Virus record (IMG/VR): IMGVR_UViG_3300045988_170019
Coordinates: 1 to 60,535 of that record
Strand: one strand, 5' to 3'
Source of the DNA: a virus
DNA length: 60,535 nt
Part shown: positions 42,328 to 51,448 of the stretch, piece after piece
Position numbering within the stretch: the stretch's first letter is position 1
Layout: every line of letters begins with the position of its first letter
The notes under the pieces: generated by a model
Databases searched by the model: none
The model's input: only the letters and a program-made list of their open reading frames with translations
Told to the model about the DNA's origin: nothing
Translations under genes and position numbers: made by a program

Positions 42328-44115
42328 TTATTCAGTGGTAACGCTCTTCTTCGTCTCAAATACGATTGCGGACTTCGGAACGGTAAGTGCACCACTGCAA
42401 CGGGTCTCAATCAGATACTTGTACTGGTTGTAGTCAATATCGAAATCGTCAAACATGTTCACGCTACCGCCCTTGTCTGCACCAACGCTGTAGTCTGCCA
42501 GATTGACCATAATCCCGTAAAGAGTATAGGTATCGGTGGTCTTTCCAGCGGTAGTGCTGCGGGTCAAACCTTCCATCTGGGGCACAGTAATAATACTGCT
42601 CACACGCATAGCGGTTGCCAGGTCGTTTACGCTACTATAAATCCGGCGACCATTCTTATCTTTCAGCAGCAACATTTCAGCAAGCACATCCTCGGTTGTA
42701 AACAGAACCGGGTTGCCGCTGCCTTTGTACTCCTTACGGGCACGGATGGCATCATCCATCATATTCTCAGCAGTAGCAGCGGCAGTTGCACCTTCGGTAA
42801 TTTCGCGCTTAATGGTAAACAGAACATCATCGGTCCAAATCGGGCGAATATGCTGCTCCTGAATCTTGTCATCGCTGCTGGGGTCACGGCCGTCACCAAT
42901 CAGGATAGCGCGTGCCAGTTCCTCTTCCAGCTTACCGCGCATCTCGTTCTTAATCCACGCAACAACGTCGAAACCGGTAATGTCCAGAACATCGTCACGG
43001 TCCAGTTTCTGCTTCTTATAAACGGTCTGGGGGTCAGTGGTACGTTTTGCCAGGGTAATAACCTCTTCTACCTTCTTCTTACCCTTGGTATAGCCTCGTG
43101 CACGTGCTTCATCCGCAGTAATGTCTGCAAAGCTGGTCTTTACGCGGCTGAACGGCAAGTGCTTAACACCGTTCATAACCTTTCCAACCCAGGTCTGGTC
43201 GCGGTCAATAAATTTGGGCGGATTGTTCAGTTCCTTGTATTCCGGGAACAAAGCATCAATCCCGTCAATCCCATAATTTGCCTTGTGGCTCAAAAAGTCC
43301 TCGCAAGCTTCTTTCAGGGTCAGTCGGCCTTTCTTGGCAGTGTCAAAAATGGTTTCAATGTCGCTGTGGGTCAGTACATCTTCATGCTGGGCACTGCCCT
43401 TATCAAAAATATTTTCTTTCATATTGCCATCCTCCTCATCATTGTGTTTCGCTTCATCGTTATTTTTTGCAGCATCTACTGCTACCGCAATCGCAGCATA
43501 GGCAACCTTCTTCTGGCGGTCCGTCATACTGTCAAACACATCCTGCACGGTTTCCTCATCTTCAGGTTTCTTTGCTTCTTCTGCGGGTTTTTCTTCACTA
43601 GGTTTTTCCTCTGCCGGCTTTGTGTCATCATGCTCCAAGCTTTCGCAAAAAGCAGTATTTTCATCAGCACAGCAAATGAAAGCCGCATCTTCACTCTCTT
43701 CACCATGTAGCAATTCCGGTTCAATGCCTGCTTTTGGATTTGCGCCGGCCAATACCAGGCTCACTTCCCGAATCATACCGTGCTGCACATTACCAGAACG
43801 CCGGTCACCTTTGTACTGCAATTTATTTGCGTAAATACTAAAAGAGGTAATATCCTGATTTTTTACCAACTCTTTAGCAGTCTTACCATTCTTGGTATCA
43901 TTAAATTTGCAGTAGGTATACATGCCTTCCGGTCTTGCTTCCAATAGCGCATGGCCCAACACATCTGCCGGATCATCATGGTTGTGGTTCCAAATCAGGG
44001 GAACCGTCGCACCATCCTGGTCAGCAAAAGCGCCATGCATAATCGTTCGGCCATCGCCGCACAACACACCGTACTGTGTCGCCCAACCATGACAATCATA
44101 ATTTTCTTTTGCCAT
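42328..44115 (-). CDS. prohead protease (HK97/S78-type) - scaffold linker - HK97-fold major capsid protein fusion
   Basis: N-terminal protease: VPLIWNHNHDD..VLGH...REVSLVLAGANP. Acidic/Lys-rich linker: PAEEKPSEEKPAEEAKKPEDEE. C-terminal ~330 aa is capsid-like. Confidence 0.75.
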   Translation of the reverse strand: MAKENYDCHGWATQYGVLCGDGRTIMHGAFADQDGATVPLIWNHNHDDPADVLGHALLEARPEGMYTYCKFNDTKNGKTAKELVKNQDITSFSIYANKLQYKGDRRSGNVQHGMIREVSLVLAGANPKAGIEPELLHGEESEDAAFICCADENTAFCESLEHDDTKPAEEKPSEEKPAEEAKKPEDEETVQDVFDSMTDRQKKVAYAAIAVAVDAAKNNDEAKHNDEEDGNMKENIFDKGSAQHEDVLTHSDIETIFDTAKKGRLTLKEACEDFLSHKANYGIDGIDALFPEYKELNNPPKFIDRDQTWVGKVMNGVKHLPFSRVKTSFADITADEARARGYTKGKKKVEEVITLAKRTTDPQTVYKKQKLDRDDVLDITGFDVVAWIKNEMRGKLEEELARAILIGDGRDPSSDDKIQEQHIRPIWTDDVLFTIKREITEGATAAATAENMMDDAIRARKEYKGSGNPVLFTTEDVLAEMLLLKDKNGRRIYSSVNDLATAMRVSSIITVPQMEGLTRSTTAGKTTDTYTLYGIMVNLADYSVGADKGGSVNMFDDFDIDYNQYKYLIETRCSGALTVPKSAIVFETKKSVTTE

Positions 44116-44125
44116 TTTGATTTTT
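44112..44125 (-). promoter_or_regulatory. Late-junction motif copy (AAATCAAAATGG)
   Basis: Minus strand: GGAGTAAAAATCAAAATGGCA. Its ATG is the capsid-fusion start codon. Confidence 0.5.
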
Positions 44126-45356
44126 ACTCCTCTCCCTTATCTTCAGTTGGTACAGGTTGTTGATTGCTCAAATCTTGCTTTGCCTCCGCAATGTTACTAT
44201 TTCGCAATTCATCCGCTTTAGGATCATCAGAAGGCTTCATACCAATCGTCTGGCGAATTTCGTTGGACGTCATGATCTCATTACGGGTAAATTTATCAGC
44301 AATTTCAGCAATGTCGTTCACCGGTACCAATTTAAACGGATCGCGGAAATATAGCAGCGTCTGGCGTTGACTTCTGGCAGTCTTACTCAAAAATTTCCGC
44401 TTCATCTCATCGGTAATGGCAGCCATAATCGGCTCAACGGTCCTACTGTAATAATTCAGCATTGTCTTATCATCAGCAGTTCCATCCAAAATTCCTTGGG
44501 TAATGCCAAGCTGGGCAAAGGCCAAATTGGTCAAATACTCAATCTGCTTCAGCAAATTATTGTCAAGGCTCCGGTTCAACTGGATTACTTTTTCTGTACC
44601 ATCAGCATAAGCAACACCATATTTACTGTTTGCCAACTGGTTTTCAAGCTCGTCTCGCCGTGCATTTGCCTGTCGTTTACGGGTCTCACTCTTCACGACA
44701 TATGGCAGTTGAATAATCAAATCGAGCTTGCCGGAACTTGCCTCTTCGTCCACAGCATCCAGCAAATACAACTTTCTAATCAATCTCTGCATTGTACTAT
44801 TTGGCGCATTCATAACGGCATAAAACGGATTTTCAATAATAGCAACCGTCTTTTTCGGTACCACCAATTCTTCCCGTTTTCCGGTTGTTTCGTTATAAAC
44901 TTCAACCCGCACATCACTTGGGTACCATTCCAGAATCCTTCCGGTTCGCATATTCGTAATGTCGTAACCAGCTGTAGCATCAGGATTTAAAGTAGTCTCC
45001 ACCGGCACAATCGCCACACAACCTTCATCCAACATACTCATCACAATATCCTGCTTAAAGGCACGTCCAGTCTGGTCAATGTTGGCATTTAGATTCAAAC
45101 ATTCATTTAACCCGCTCTCAATCTTCTCCTTGTATCGGTCATTTTTGTCTAACCGAACGTGATAAATGTCAATTGCAGCGCAGTCTGCACCAATTCTGTT
45201 GTAAATGGAATTGATGATCGTTCGTTCATTTCCGCTGATAATCCTGTGCCGGTCTGGCCTGATACTGTATCCCGGTCCACTCTTCCAATAATTTACCGGG
45301 GGATCGCGGTTCATAAATGCATTCCAAGCGTGTTTTAACCGGTCCCCAAATCGCAT
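44124..45356 (-). CDS. portal protein
   Basis: 410 aa directly upstream of the protease-capsid gene. C-terminal FTRNEIMTSNEIRQTIGMKPSDDPKADEL is typical of HK97-family portals. Start set at the ATG after GGAGGAAGAG. Confidence 0.6.
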   Translation of the reverse strand: MRFGDRLKHAWNAFMNRDPPVNYWKSGPGYSIRPDRHRIISGNERTIINSIYNRIGADCAAIDIYHVRLDKNDRYKEKIESGLNECLNLNANIDQTGRAFKQDIVMSMLDEGCVAIVPVETTLNPDATAGYDITNMRTGRILEWYPSDVRVEVYNETTGKREELVVPKKTVAIIENPFYAVMNAPNSTMQRLIRKLYLLDAVDEEASSGKLDLIIQLPYVVKSETRKRQANARRDELENQLANSKYGVAYADGTEKVIQLNRSLDNNLLKQIEYLTNLAFAQLGITQGILDGTADDKTMLNYYSRTVEPIMAAITDEMKRKFLSKTARSQRQTLLYFRDPFKLVPVNDIAEIADKFTRNEIMTSNEIRQTIGMKPSDDPKADELRNSNIAEAKQDLSNQQPVPTEDKGEE

Positions 45357-45419
45357 CTCTTCCTCCAAACCCCCACCTCCCTTCAAAACAAAAAAATTCC
45401 CAGATCAAAGCATCACGCT

Positions 45420-45557
45420 TCAAACTGGGCAATCCATTTTGATTTTTATTTTACTTCTGTTTTTTTTTTCTGGTTCTTTACCAATTTCTTTGCCGGCCGT
45501 AATCACATGCTGCGCCAATAGCCACCCAAAACATACCTCTCCATTTTTCAGCCCCAT
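45420..45557 (-). CDS. small basic protein (45 aa, shorter than the track ORF)
   Basis: AAGGAGGATAAAG SD before the internal ATG (MGLKNGEVCFGW...). Confidence 0.35.
   Translation of the reverse strand: MGLKNGEVCFGWLLAQHVITAGKEIGKEPEKKNRSKIKIKMDCPV
45434..45447 (-). promoter_or_regulatory. Late-junction motif copy (AAATCAAAATGG)
   Basis: Minus strand: AAAATAAAAATCAAAATGGAT, about 80 nt upstream of the portal start. Confidence 0.5.
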
Positions 45558-45568
45558 CTTTATCCTCC

Positions 45569-46222
45569 TTATTTTGTCCTCTTCCATATCCATACCGATA
45601 AATAAGGCGGCATGTTGTTGTGGGCTGCCCCGGAACCGCCGGAGGCGACTGTTACGGTTTTGGATTCCCAGTTCGGAATACCCCAACCACTTGATTGCGT
45701 TTGGACATACGCATCCGCAGAGCTTCCGGTTTTGGAGCGTATTACGTTGCTTCCGTTGGCCACAGACAGCGAATAATTCGGTAGCTCGCTTTGTGTAAGC
45801 TTATGGGTAATTTCGCCCCCAGTGCTACCTGCGGGATAACTACTAGAAGCGCCAAGCAAAAAGCGTTCAGAAATTCTTTCCCAAGTACCGCCAAACAAAG
45901 TCGCCGGGCTTGTACTGCTTACGCTCATGTAAATGCTGCCAACCGGCCAGGCTGCAAGTTTTGCTTCCGCGATGGCCGCCTTCACCGCCGCCGGCGTTGC
46001 CGCAACACCACCATTGGTCGAACTCGTTGAACTGGTCGAATCACTTAATTTCACACCACCCAGGGTTGAACTGGTAGCGGCAGGCAGCGTATAGGTACTG
46101 GAGGAGGCCGGTGTCATATAGATCTGGTTGCTGTTCAGCGTTCCTTCGCGCTTAGCATTATCATACTGGGCTTGCGTCAGGTAGTTAATTATCAAACTGT
46201 CCAGCTTTGTATCAGTTGCCAT
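45569..46222 (-). CDS. fibre protein with tail-collar-like C-terminal domain
   Basis: TLGGVKLSDS...AATPAAVKAA fibre repeat followed by WPVGSIYMS...FGGTWERI..RFLLG...GSTGGE.THKLT..ELP. Confidence 0.55.
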   Translation of the reverse strand: MATDTKLDSLIINYLTQAQYDNAKREGTLNSNQIYMTPASSSTYTLPAATSSTLGGVKLSDSTSSTSSTNGGVAATPAAVKAAIAEAKLAAWPVGSIYMSVSSTSPATLFGGTWERISERFLLGASSSYPAGSTGGEITHKLTQSELPNYSLSVANGSNVIRSKTGSSADAYVQTQSSGWGIPNWESKTVTVASGGSGAAHNNMPPYLSVWIWKRTK

Positions 46223-46224
46223 AA

Positions 46225-46899
46225 TCAAATACCTCTCGTTACAATCGCGCTGATCGCAGTCAGTCCGCTCGGCAGGCCGGAGAGCTTACCGTTGCTGATG
46301 CTTAGGCTCAGACTGGTGCTGCTTGGGCTGCCGTACAGGGCGCTCTTGTAATACTTGTCACCCGCAAACGCGATCAGGCTCGTAGTCTGCTGGCCCCAGC
46401 TGCTTTGGCTGGTCATTGTGCCGTAGCCCCAGATCTTGATCGTGCCGCTGCTGGTCTTAAAATTCACACTGGGCGAAGTCGATGTCACATGATACGCTTC
46501 CACATTATTGTTTCCACTGCTTCCGCCACTACTGCTCCCGGCATAAGTTCCCGCCACACCAAAAATGCTTACGCCGCTTTTGATGTTTCCAGCCACAAGG
46601 TTTGCATCACCTTTAATGGTCTGCGCCCCGTTCAAATACTGGTTTGCAGCAATCGTCTGGTTACTGGTACCTGGCGTATAAGTCGCAGCACTCTTTTTCG
46701 TTACGCCGCTCCCCACATAAGTTTTCGATACTGCATTTACTGTAACCTGGCTCAAACCGTCATAGCCATTGTCTGCCTTGATCGTCTGTGCGCTTTCACT
46801 GGGGCTAACCGTCTTACTCTGTAAAACAGCGCCGCTGGCACCACCGGTCACAAAACCTCCCTGCATGTCAACGGCATTGCTGCCTAAATACACACCCAT
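46225..46899 (-). CDS. fibre-like protein, paralog family member
   Basis: Blocks shared with 47220..47807: Q.I..D.GYDGLSQVTV.A...TYV and GNIKSGVSIFGVAGT. Start moved to the ATG after GGTGGTGA. Confidence 0.5.
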   Translation of the reverse strand: MGVYLGSNAVDMQGGFVTGGASGAVLQSKTVSPSESAQTIKADNGYDGLSQVTVNAVSKTYVGSGVTKKSAATYTPGTSNQTIAANQYLNGAQTIKGDANLVAGNIKSGVSIFGVAGTYAGSSSGGSSGNNNVEAYHVTSTSPSVNFKTSSGTIKIWGYGTMTSQSSWGQQTTSLIAFAGDKYYKSALYGSPSSTSLSLSISNGKLSGLPSGLTAISAIVTRGI

Positions 46900-46906
46900 A
46901 CAACTA

Positions 46907-47218
46907 TCACCACCTTCTGAGCGTAACATTTGATGCGCCAACACTGGCTGCCGTTATATTAATGGTTTTTGCGCTGCTGCCATCCCATGCGCCCTGACTG
47001 GTTCCGTTCAGTTTGATGGTCAGACTGTTATTTAGTTTTTCGGCGCTCGTTGCGGAGCCGCCCGCATTGTTGGAACCGGCATAATTTGTGGTTCCAGTGA
47101 CTTTGTCCCCTGTGGCATTGTGGGCAGTTACCCCTTTCGGCAGGTCGGCAGCCTGCACCGTATCACCGGTCAGATCGAGAACAACTTCATCATTGATAAC
47201 AACCTTGTTGACTGCCAT
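46907..47218 (-). CDS. fibre-like protein, short paralog
   Basis: N-terminus MAVNKVVINDEVVLDLTGDTV...GVTAHNATGDKVTGT parallels 47220..47807. Confidence 0.5.
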   Translation of the reverse strand: MAVNKVVINDEVVLDLTGDTVQAADLPKGVTAHNATGDKVTGTTNYAGSNNAGGSATSAEKLNNSLTIKLNGTSQGAWDGSSAKTINITAASVGASNVTLRRW

Positions 47219-47219
47219 A

Positions 47220-47807
47220 TCAGCCTCCGATCGTCAGGGTTTGCCCGCCTGCGGCGTTATCAACGTATGTGGCCGGGATCGCCGCCACGGTGACCTGCGA
47301 CAGGCAATTATAGTCATCGTCGGGTAAAATGGTCTGTTGCTCGAAAGACGGCGTGACACTCTTGGCCTGCGGTTTCATGCCTTCGCTGCCACTCATCGAA
47401 CCGACAATGCCCAAAACTGTGATGCCCTCACGAATATTTGTCGCTACGAGTTTTGCCTGCTCGGTGGGATCAATTTCAGCTGTGCCGCTACCATCGTGAA
47501 AACCCATAGGAATCGTATATTTGCCCTTAACGGTAGTGATTTTCCCGGATACCGACCCGTTATTGGGCATCGTACCTGTAAGCTTCGCGCCCCGTGCATA
47601 GAAAGTTTTACCCTTCAGAACCTCAGCAACTGCCGCCGTTGCATCGCTGGAATCCACGTCCTTGGTGCTGGTACCAACGATAGGGGCACCAGACTTATCA
47701 TGAGCAGTGATACCTTCAGCCAGCTTGTCCGGTGTTACCGTATCGGCTGTCAAGTCCAGCTTGGTCTCTTTACCTACAATCACTTTATTAATATATTTAT
47801 TCGCCAT
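47220..47807 (-). CDS. fibre-like protein, paralog family member
   Basis: MANKYINKVIVGKETKLDLTADTV..GITAHDKSGAPIVGT. Repeated L.G.....G.K..GT blocks. Confidence 0.5.
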   Translation of the reverse strand: MANKYINKVIVGKETKLDLTADTVTPDKLAEGITAHDKSGAPIVGTSTKDVDSSDATAAVAEVLKGKTFYARGAKLTGTMPNNGSVSGKITTVKGKYTIPMGFHDGSGTAEIDPTEQAKLVATNIREGITVLGIVGSMSGSEGMKPQAKSVTPSFEQQTILPDDDYNCLSQVTVAAIPATYVDNAAGGQTLTIGG

Positions 47808-48069
47808 AATACTCATCTCCTAAAATCAATGTTGTACCGTAATTGTTGGACACCTCGTATTGCGGTATCCGTTTAATAGTAACATCTTTCTGCATTAGTC
47901 TTTGCGCAGTAAGCAGGATTTGTTCACTGAATCGTGGAATCACATCATATGGTCCACTATACTCAGCTGCACCAACAACCGCAGTACCTGTGGTATTTAC
48001 TCTTACCGGTGCTCCGCTAACAACACGCACCGATACGATACTCTGTGGCCCCACGCGAACTCGTATCAT
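47797..48069 (-). CDS. hypothetical protein (90 aa) of the fibre-like cluster
   Basis: Track ORF, translationally coupled to its neighbours. Confidence 0.5.
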   Translation of the reverse strand: MIRVRVGPQSIVSVRVVSGAPVRVNTTGTAVVGAAEYSGPYDVIPRFSEQILLTAQRLMQKDVTIKRIPQYEVSNNYGTTLILGDEYYGE

Positions 48070-48389
48070 GTGCCATCAACCTCCTGGAATAAAGTTGGAC
48101 TCATCTTAATTGGAATAATCTCGGTCTGGGGTTGATCAGAACTGTTTTTTAGCGTAATACGCGTATCCATATATAGCATCCTATTAGGTTCAAATTTATA
48201 GGTTTCTTCTTGCGTCCATGGTATAAGAACAGTATTTTCTTTTCGTTCACAATCATTTGGATACGTATTAATCTTTACCGCCGCGCTATTAATGCGTTTC
48301 TCCTGTTTAAAAACAAATTCAATTTTTTCAACAGTATCTAGGTCTATATCAAATTCAACAAGAAGAATAAAACGCGTTCCTTGTTTCAT
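48066..48389 (-). CDS. hypothetical protein (107 aa)
   Basis: Track ORF with a GAGGGAGGAATAAAAAC SD. Confidence 0.5.
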   Translation of the reverse strand: MKQGTRFILLVEFDIDLDTVEKIEFVFKQEKRINSAAVKINTYPNDCERKENTVLIPWTQEETYKFEPNRMLYMDTRITLKNSSDQPQTEIIPIKMSPTLFQEVDGT

Positions 48390-48410
48390 ATTGTTTTTAT
48401 TCCTCCCTCA

Positions 48411-50153
48411 TCATTCAAATGATTCTTTGTTTAATTTATACGCAACAAAAGCGTCCATCAATGCCGCAACAGCATCAATTTTTGCTTCATATCGCTTTTT
48501 TAGTAACTTACGGTTACCATTCGTATCCTCAATCGTAATGCAGTTACCCATCGTAAACGTCATCATTTCTTCATCAAATAATAACATTCTTTCTTCAGCC
48601 AACTTTTTAAGCTCTCCCAATGGTACACTTTCTGTTCTTGCACCCTGAACAACTTTCTCTATGCCGAACGGACCATTTTCATTCGCCCAACGTTCCATAA
48701 ATTCTTTGGCGTTGTACTGGTCATAACCAACACACACTATGTCATATTCCATACTTTCAATGTGCCGATCCAAATCTTCGTACACAAGGCTCAAATCCAA
48801 AATTGCCCCATCCATTACGATAAGGCTACCTTCGTCCAAAAATTCTTGGTATTTATTTCGCATGGCCAAGGGCAACTTATCCAATGTTAAACTCGAAATA
48901 TAATTTCTCGTCTTAACACCAAATCGTTCTCCGCCCAATGGAAACAAAAATGTAAAAGCACAAAAGTCATTTCCCTGGCTCAAGTCAACCCCAAGACTGG
49001 AACTCATACCAGTAAAATCTTGCTTTCCGTGCGGCAGCGTTTCTTCATAGGTAAAGAAGTAAGTATACCCTTCCATTGGCAATCCAAAACGCTTTGCCAA
49101 AATATCATTTCTGGCACTCGGATTTTTTTCTGCGCGCTCCACATCCAGCTGATAAGTTTCATAGGTTACAGTTTTTCCAAGATTCGGATTTGCTTTTAAC
49201 CACATTTCCGGCCGGGCGACTTCATCTACGCTATCAAGCTTATACCACCAAATTCCAACATGGGGGTTGATGTACTCTCCTTTCAGGATTTTCATCAATT
49301 CCATTTTGATCGTATCACCACTGCCGTTTCGCACTGTACCTTCACTAGACGTTGCTACAATCAAATAATCAGGGTTCTTGCTTGCACCCTGCTCAATTGC
49401 GCCAATTACATCTTCTCGGATATCGCCGCTTAGCCATTCGTCAACTGTAGCGATCTTACAGCGCAATCCCTGCAATTTGTTAATGCTCATCGGCCGCACT
49501 TCCAAAAGGCTTCCGGTCAACATGTTTTCAATACCTTTTTTCGTACTTACCAATTTAGGTCGATTTGCACGGTTACCCGTTGTATTCTGCAAATTGCCGG
49601 CGGTTAAAAACTTAAACAGAGGTCCTCTACTTCGTGTAATTGCCGTTCGCAGCGGGCTCATGATTTCATCAGCCTGTCGCATAGTTGGCGCTGTTGTAAT
49701 CTGGTGCGTTGTGCTCATATCAATGTTCTCATAATAGCTTTGTATAAAACTATCAAACAAACTCTTAGCAGCGCCACGCCCAACAATTAAATACAGCTTA
49801 TTTACTAAGCGCTTCTTTAACCGTTTTAACTCGAAATGACCTTCCCCATATTCATCAGGTACAAATACCTGTCTGTCAACAAAGTAATACCAGCCAAAGA
49901 TATGTTCGCCCCAAAGCTTAAAACTATCCAATAGTGTTACATCGGAACCATCAGTTAAAGTAAGTTCTCCTTCACAGTATTTAATCCAGCCTTCAACAGC
50001 ATCTTCATCATAATAAATACCCGGATTTGCAATCAAATCATCGATCAGGTTCATTTCCATGCTGATCTCTTTGCAAACCGGTATTTCGCCTCTCATTACA
50101 GCCTCACGGAACCGGCCGTAATATTTCGGCACAGCCGTATTCGATAATGCCAT
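48411..50153 (-). CDS. terL: terminase large subunit
   Basis: 580 aa. N-terminal ATPase region (LIVGRGAAKS, Walker A-like) and C-terminal nuclease region. Overall Terminase_1-like layout, adjacent to HNH and terS. Confidence 0.8.
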   Translation of the reverse strand: MALSNTAVPKYYGRFREAVMRGEIPVCKEISMEMNLIDDLIANPGIYYDEDAVEGWIKYCEGELTLTDGSDVTLLDSFKLWGEHIFGWYYFVDRQVFVPDEYGEGHFELKRLKKRLVNKLYLIVGRGAAKSLFDSFIQSYYENIDMSTTHQITTAPTMRQADEIMSPLRTAITRSRGPLFKFLTAGNLQNTTGNRANRPKLVSTKKGIENMLTGSLLEVRPMSINKLQGLRCKIATVDEWLSGDIREDVIGAIEQGASKNPDYLIVATSSEGTVRNGSGDTIKMELMKILKGEYINPHVGIWWYKLDSVDEVARPEMWLKANPNLGKTVTYETYQLDVERAEKNPSARNDILAKRFGLPMEGYTYFFTYEETLPHGKQDFTGMSSSLGVDLSQGNDFCAFTFLFPLGGERFGVKTRNYISSLTLDKLPLAMRNKYQEFLDEGSLIVMDGAILDLSLVYEDLDRHIESMEYDIVCVGYDQYNAKEFMERWANENGPFGIEKVVQGARTESVPLGELKKLAEERMLLFDEEMMTFTMGNCITIEDTNGNRKLLKKRYEAKIDAVAALMDAFVAYKLNKESFE

Positions 50154-50235
50154 AATGTATCTTCTCCGTCTTCTTAATCAAAATCGGCCAAACTATAAAA
50201 TAAAATGACCATTCGCCAAAAATAAAATCTTTTAA

Positions 50236-50670
50236 TTAGTTTTTACTTTCCAAAAGCTTCTGAACCTTATCAATGCTTGTATATAAATTTGAGGCAGTGT
50301 TAATCAAATCGCTTGCTTTTTTACCCCATTTGATTGTACTATCAACAATTTGTTCGCCTTTGCTTACCTGCTTCGGAATAAGGTCTTTTACCTGTTTTTC
50401 CATCAAAAGCCGTTTATAAGCGTCACTGAATTCCTTGTCGTCAAACAGATCTTTATACCTATACAATTCTTTTGCATTATGCCCCTGCATTACCTGTTTT
50501 TTCTTAGCATCAATCTCTTCTCGCGTGGCATATCTAGTATGCCCTTCTTCTCCACGCCGTCGCACTTTTCCGGCGCTGGTCCAGGTTCCATCTTTATTCT
50601 GATATCGCCGTTGCCCCCATTTCATTCCGGGGATACCCCAATGCCACATCTCGCAATTGTAATTCGGCAT
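50236..50670 (-). CDS. hypothetical protein (144 aa) with N-terminal HWG.PGMKWG motif
   Basis: MWHWGIPGMKWGQRRYQNKDGTW. A related motif is at the N-terminus of 52392..55196. Start ATG lies within a late-motif variant. Confidence 0.55.
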   Translation of the reverse strand: MPNYNCEMWHWGIPGMKWGQRRYQNKDGTWTSAGKVRRRGEEGHTRYATREEIDAKKKQVMQGHNAKELYRYKDLFDDKEFSDAYKRLLMEKQVKDLIPKQVSKGEQIVDSTIKWGKKASDLINTASNLYTSIDKVQKLLESKN

Positions 50671-50680
50671 TTTGATTATT
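50667..50680 (-). promoter_or_regulatory. Late-junction motif, variant copy (AATAATCAAAATGC)
   Basis: Minus strand: GGAGGTGAATAATCAAAATGCCG. Its ATG is the start codon of 50236..50670. Confidence 0.35.
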
Positions 50681-50687
50681 CACCTCC

Positions 50688-51026
50688 TTAGTCTTTTGGG
50701 TCAACACTAACGTTAATCCGCCATTCAAGTTCACTCAACAATCTGTTTGCCGAATCAATCAAAGCCGAACTCTGCGGCGGGTCAAACAGCATTTTTACTT
50801 TTAGTGTCACCCAGCTTTTTACAAAATTAAGTCTTGGGTCATCACCCATAAAATCAGTCCATGTCTGGGTATTATCGGTAACTTCAAATCCTTCATCCGG
50901 TCCAACGCCCAGTTGGTGCAAAATGCTAAATGCTGTATTTGTATGCGTAATAATGTCTACATCAAACACAGTATAATCTTGGTCAATACCAATCATCTTT
51001 TTTACGCTATTCAGGATAGATTCCAT
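50688..51026 (-). CDS. gp6-like head-tail connector / DNA-packaging protein
   Basis: The pattern ILNSVKKMIGIDQDYTVFDVDIITHTNTAFSILHQLGV resembles the Phage_connect_1 family. Start set after GAGGTGAG. Confidence 0.35.
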   Translation of the reverse strand: MESILNSVKKMIGIDQDYTVFDVDIITHTNTAFSILHQLGVGPDEGFEVTDNTQTWTDFMGDDPRLNFVKSWVTLKVKMLFDPPQSSALIDSANRLLSELEWRINVSVDPKD

Positions 51027-51031
51027 TTTTC

Positions 51032-51448
51032 TCACCTCTTCCATGGGCAGGTATCATTTACGCTGCGCTCCAATACCGGTTTTCGCAGTAAATCTTGATT
51101 CCCATAGGTAATCGCGTTATGGGTATTGTGGCTTACCGTAATTAGATACTCAGGGTTTAACAAAAATTCACTTTTCCCCAAAATGTCTTCTTTTGTCAAT
51201 GGATTCATATGGTGCACAATCGGTCGCTTTGGAATTTCGTATCCAACAACTCCCATATCGCAGCATTGATCACGCCATATTACCCGGTCCCGCAGTTCTC
51301 GCCATTCTTTAGTTTTATAAAAAACTTGGTTTAAATATCGATCCCACCCAAATGTTTCATCGCCGACAATTCCATCAAGCCGCAAATATTCAAACCGCTC
51401 CTCAAAACTTTTAAATTTGCAAAGTTCGGTATAACTTCTAATCTTCAT
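51032..51448 (-). CDS. HNH endonuclease (start uncertain, 51448-51526)
   Basis: D.G.....IVHHMNP.....NP..L..VSHNTHNAI matches an HNH core. Adjacent to the terminase genes, as in cos-type HK97-like phages. Confidence 0.6.
   Translation of the reverse strand: MKIRSYTELCKFKSFEERFEYLRLDGIVGDETFGWDRYLNQVFYKTKEWRELRDRVIWRDQCCDMGVVGYEIPKRPIVHHMNPLTKEDILGKSEFLLNPEYLITVSHNTHNAITYGNQDLLRKPVLERSVNDTCPWKR

Noticed and set aside
42259-43710. 483-aa plus-strand ORF opposite the protease-capsid gene
   Set aside because: It is fully antisense to a gene with strong protease and capsid motifs, has no SD and gives an implausible translation. It is a shadow ORF.
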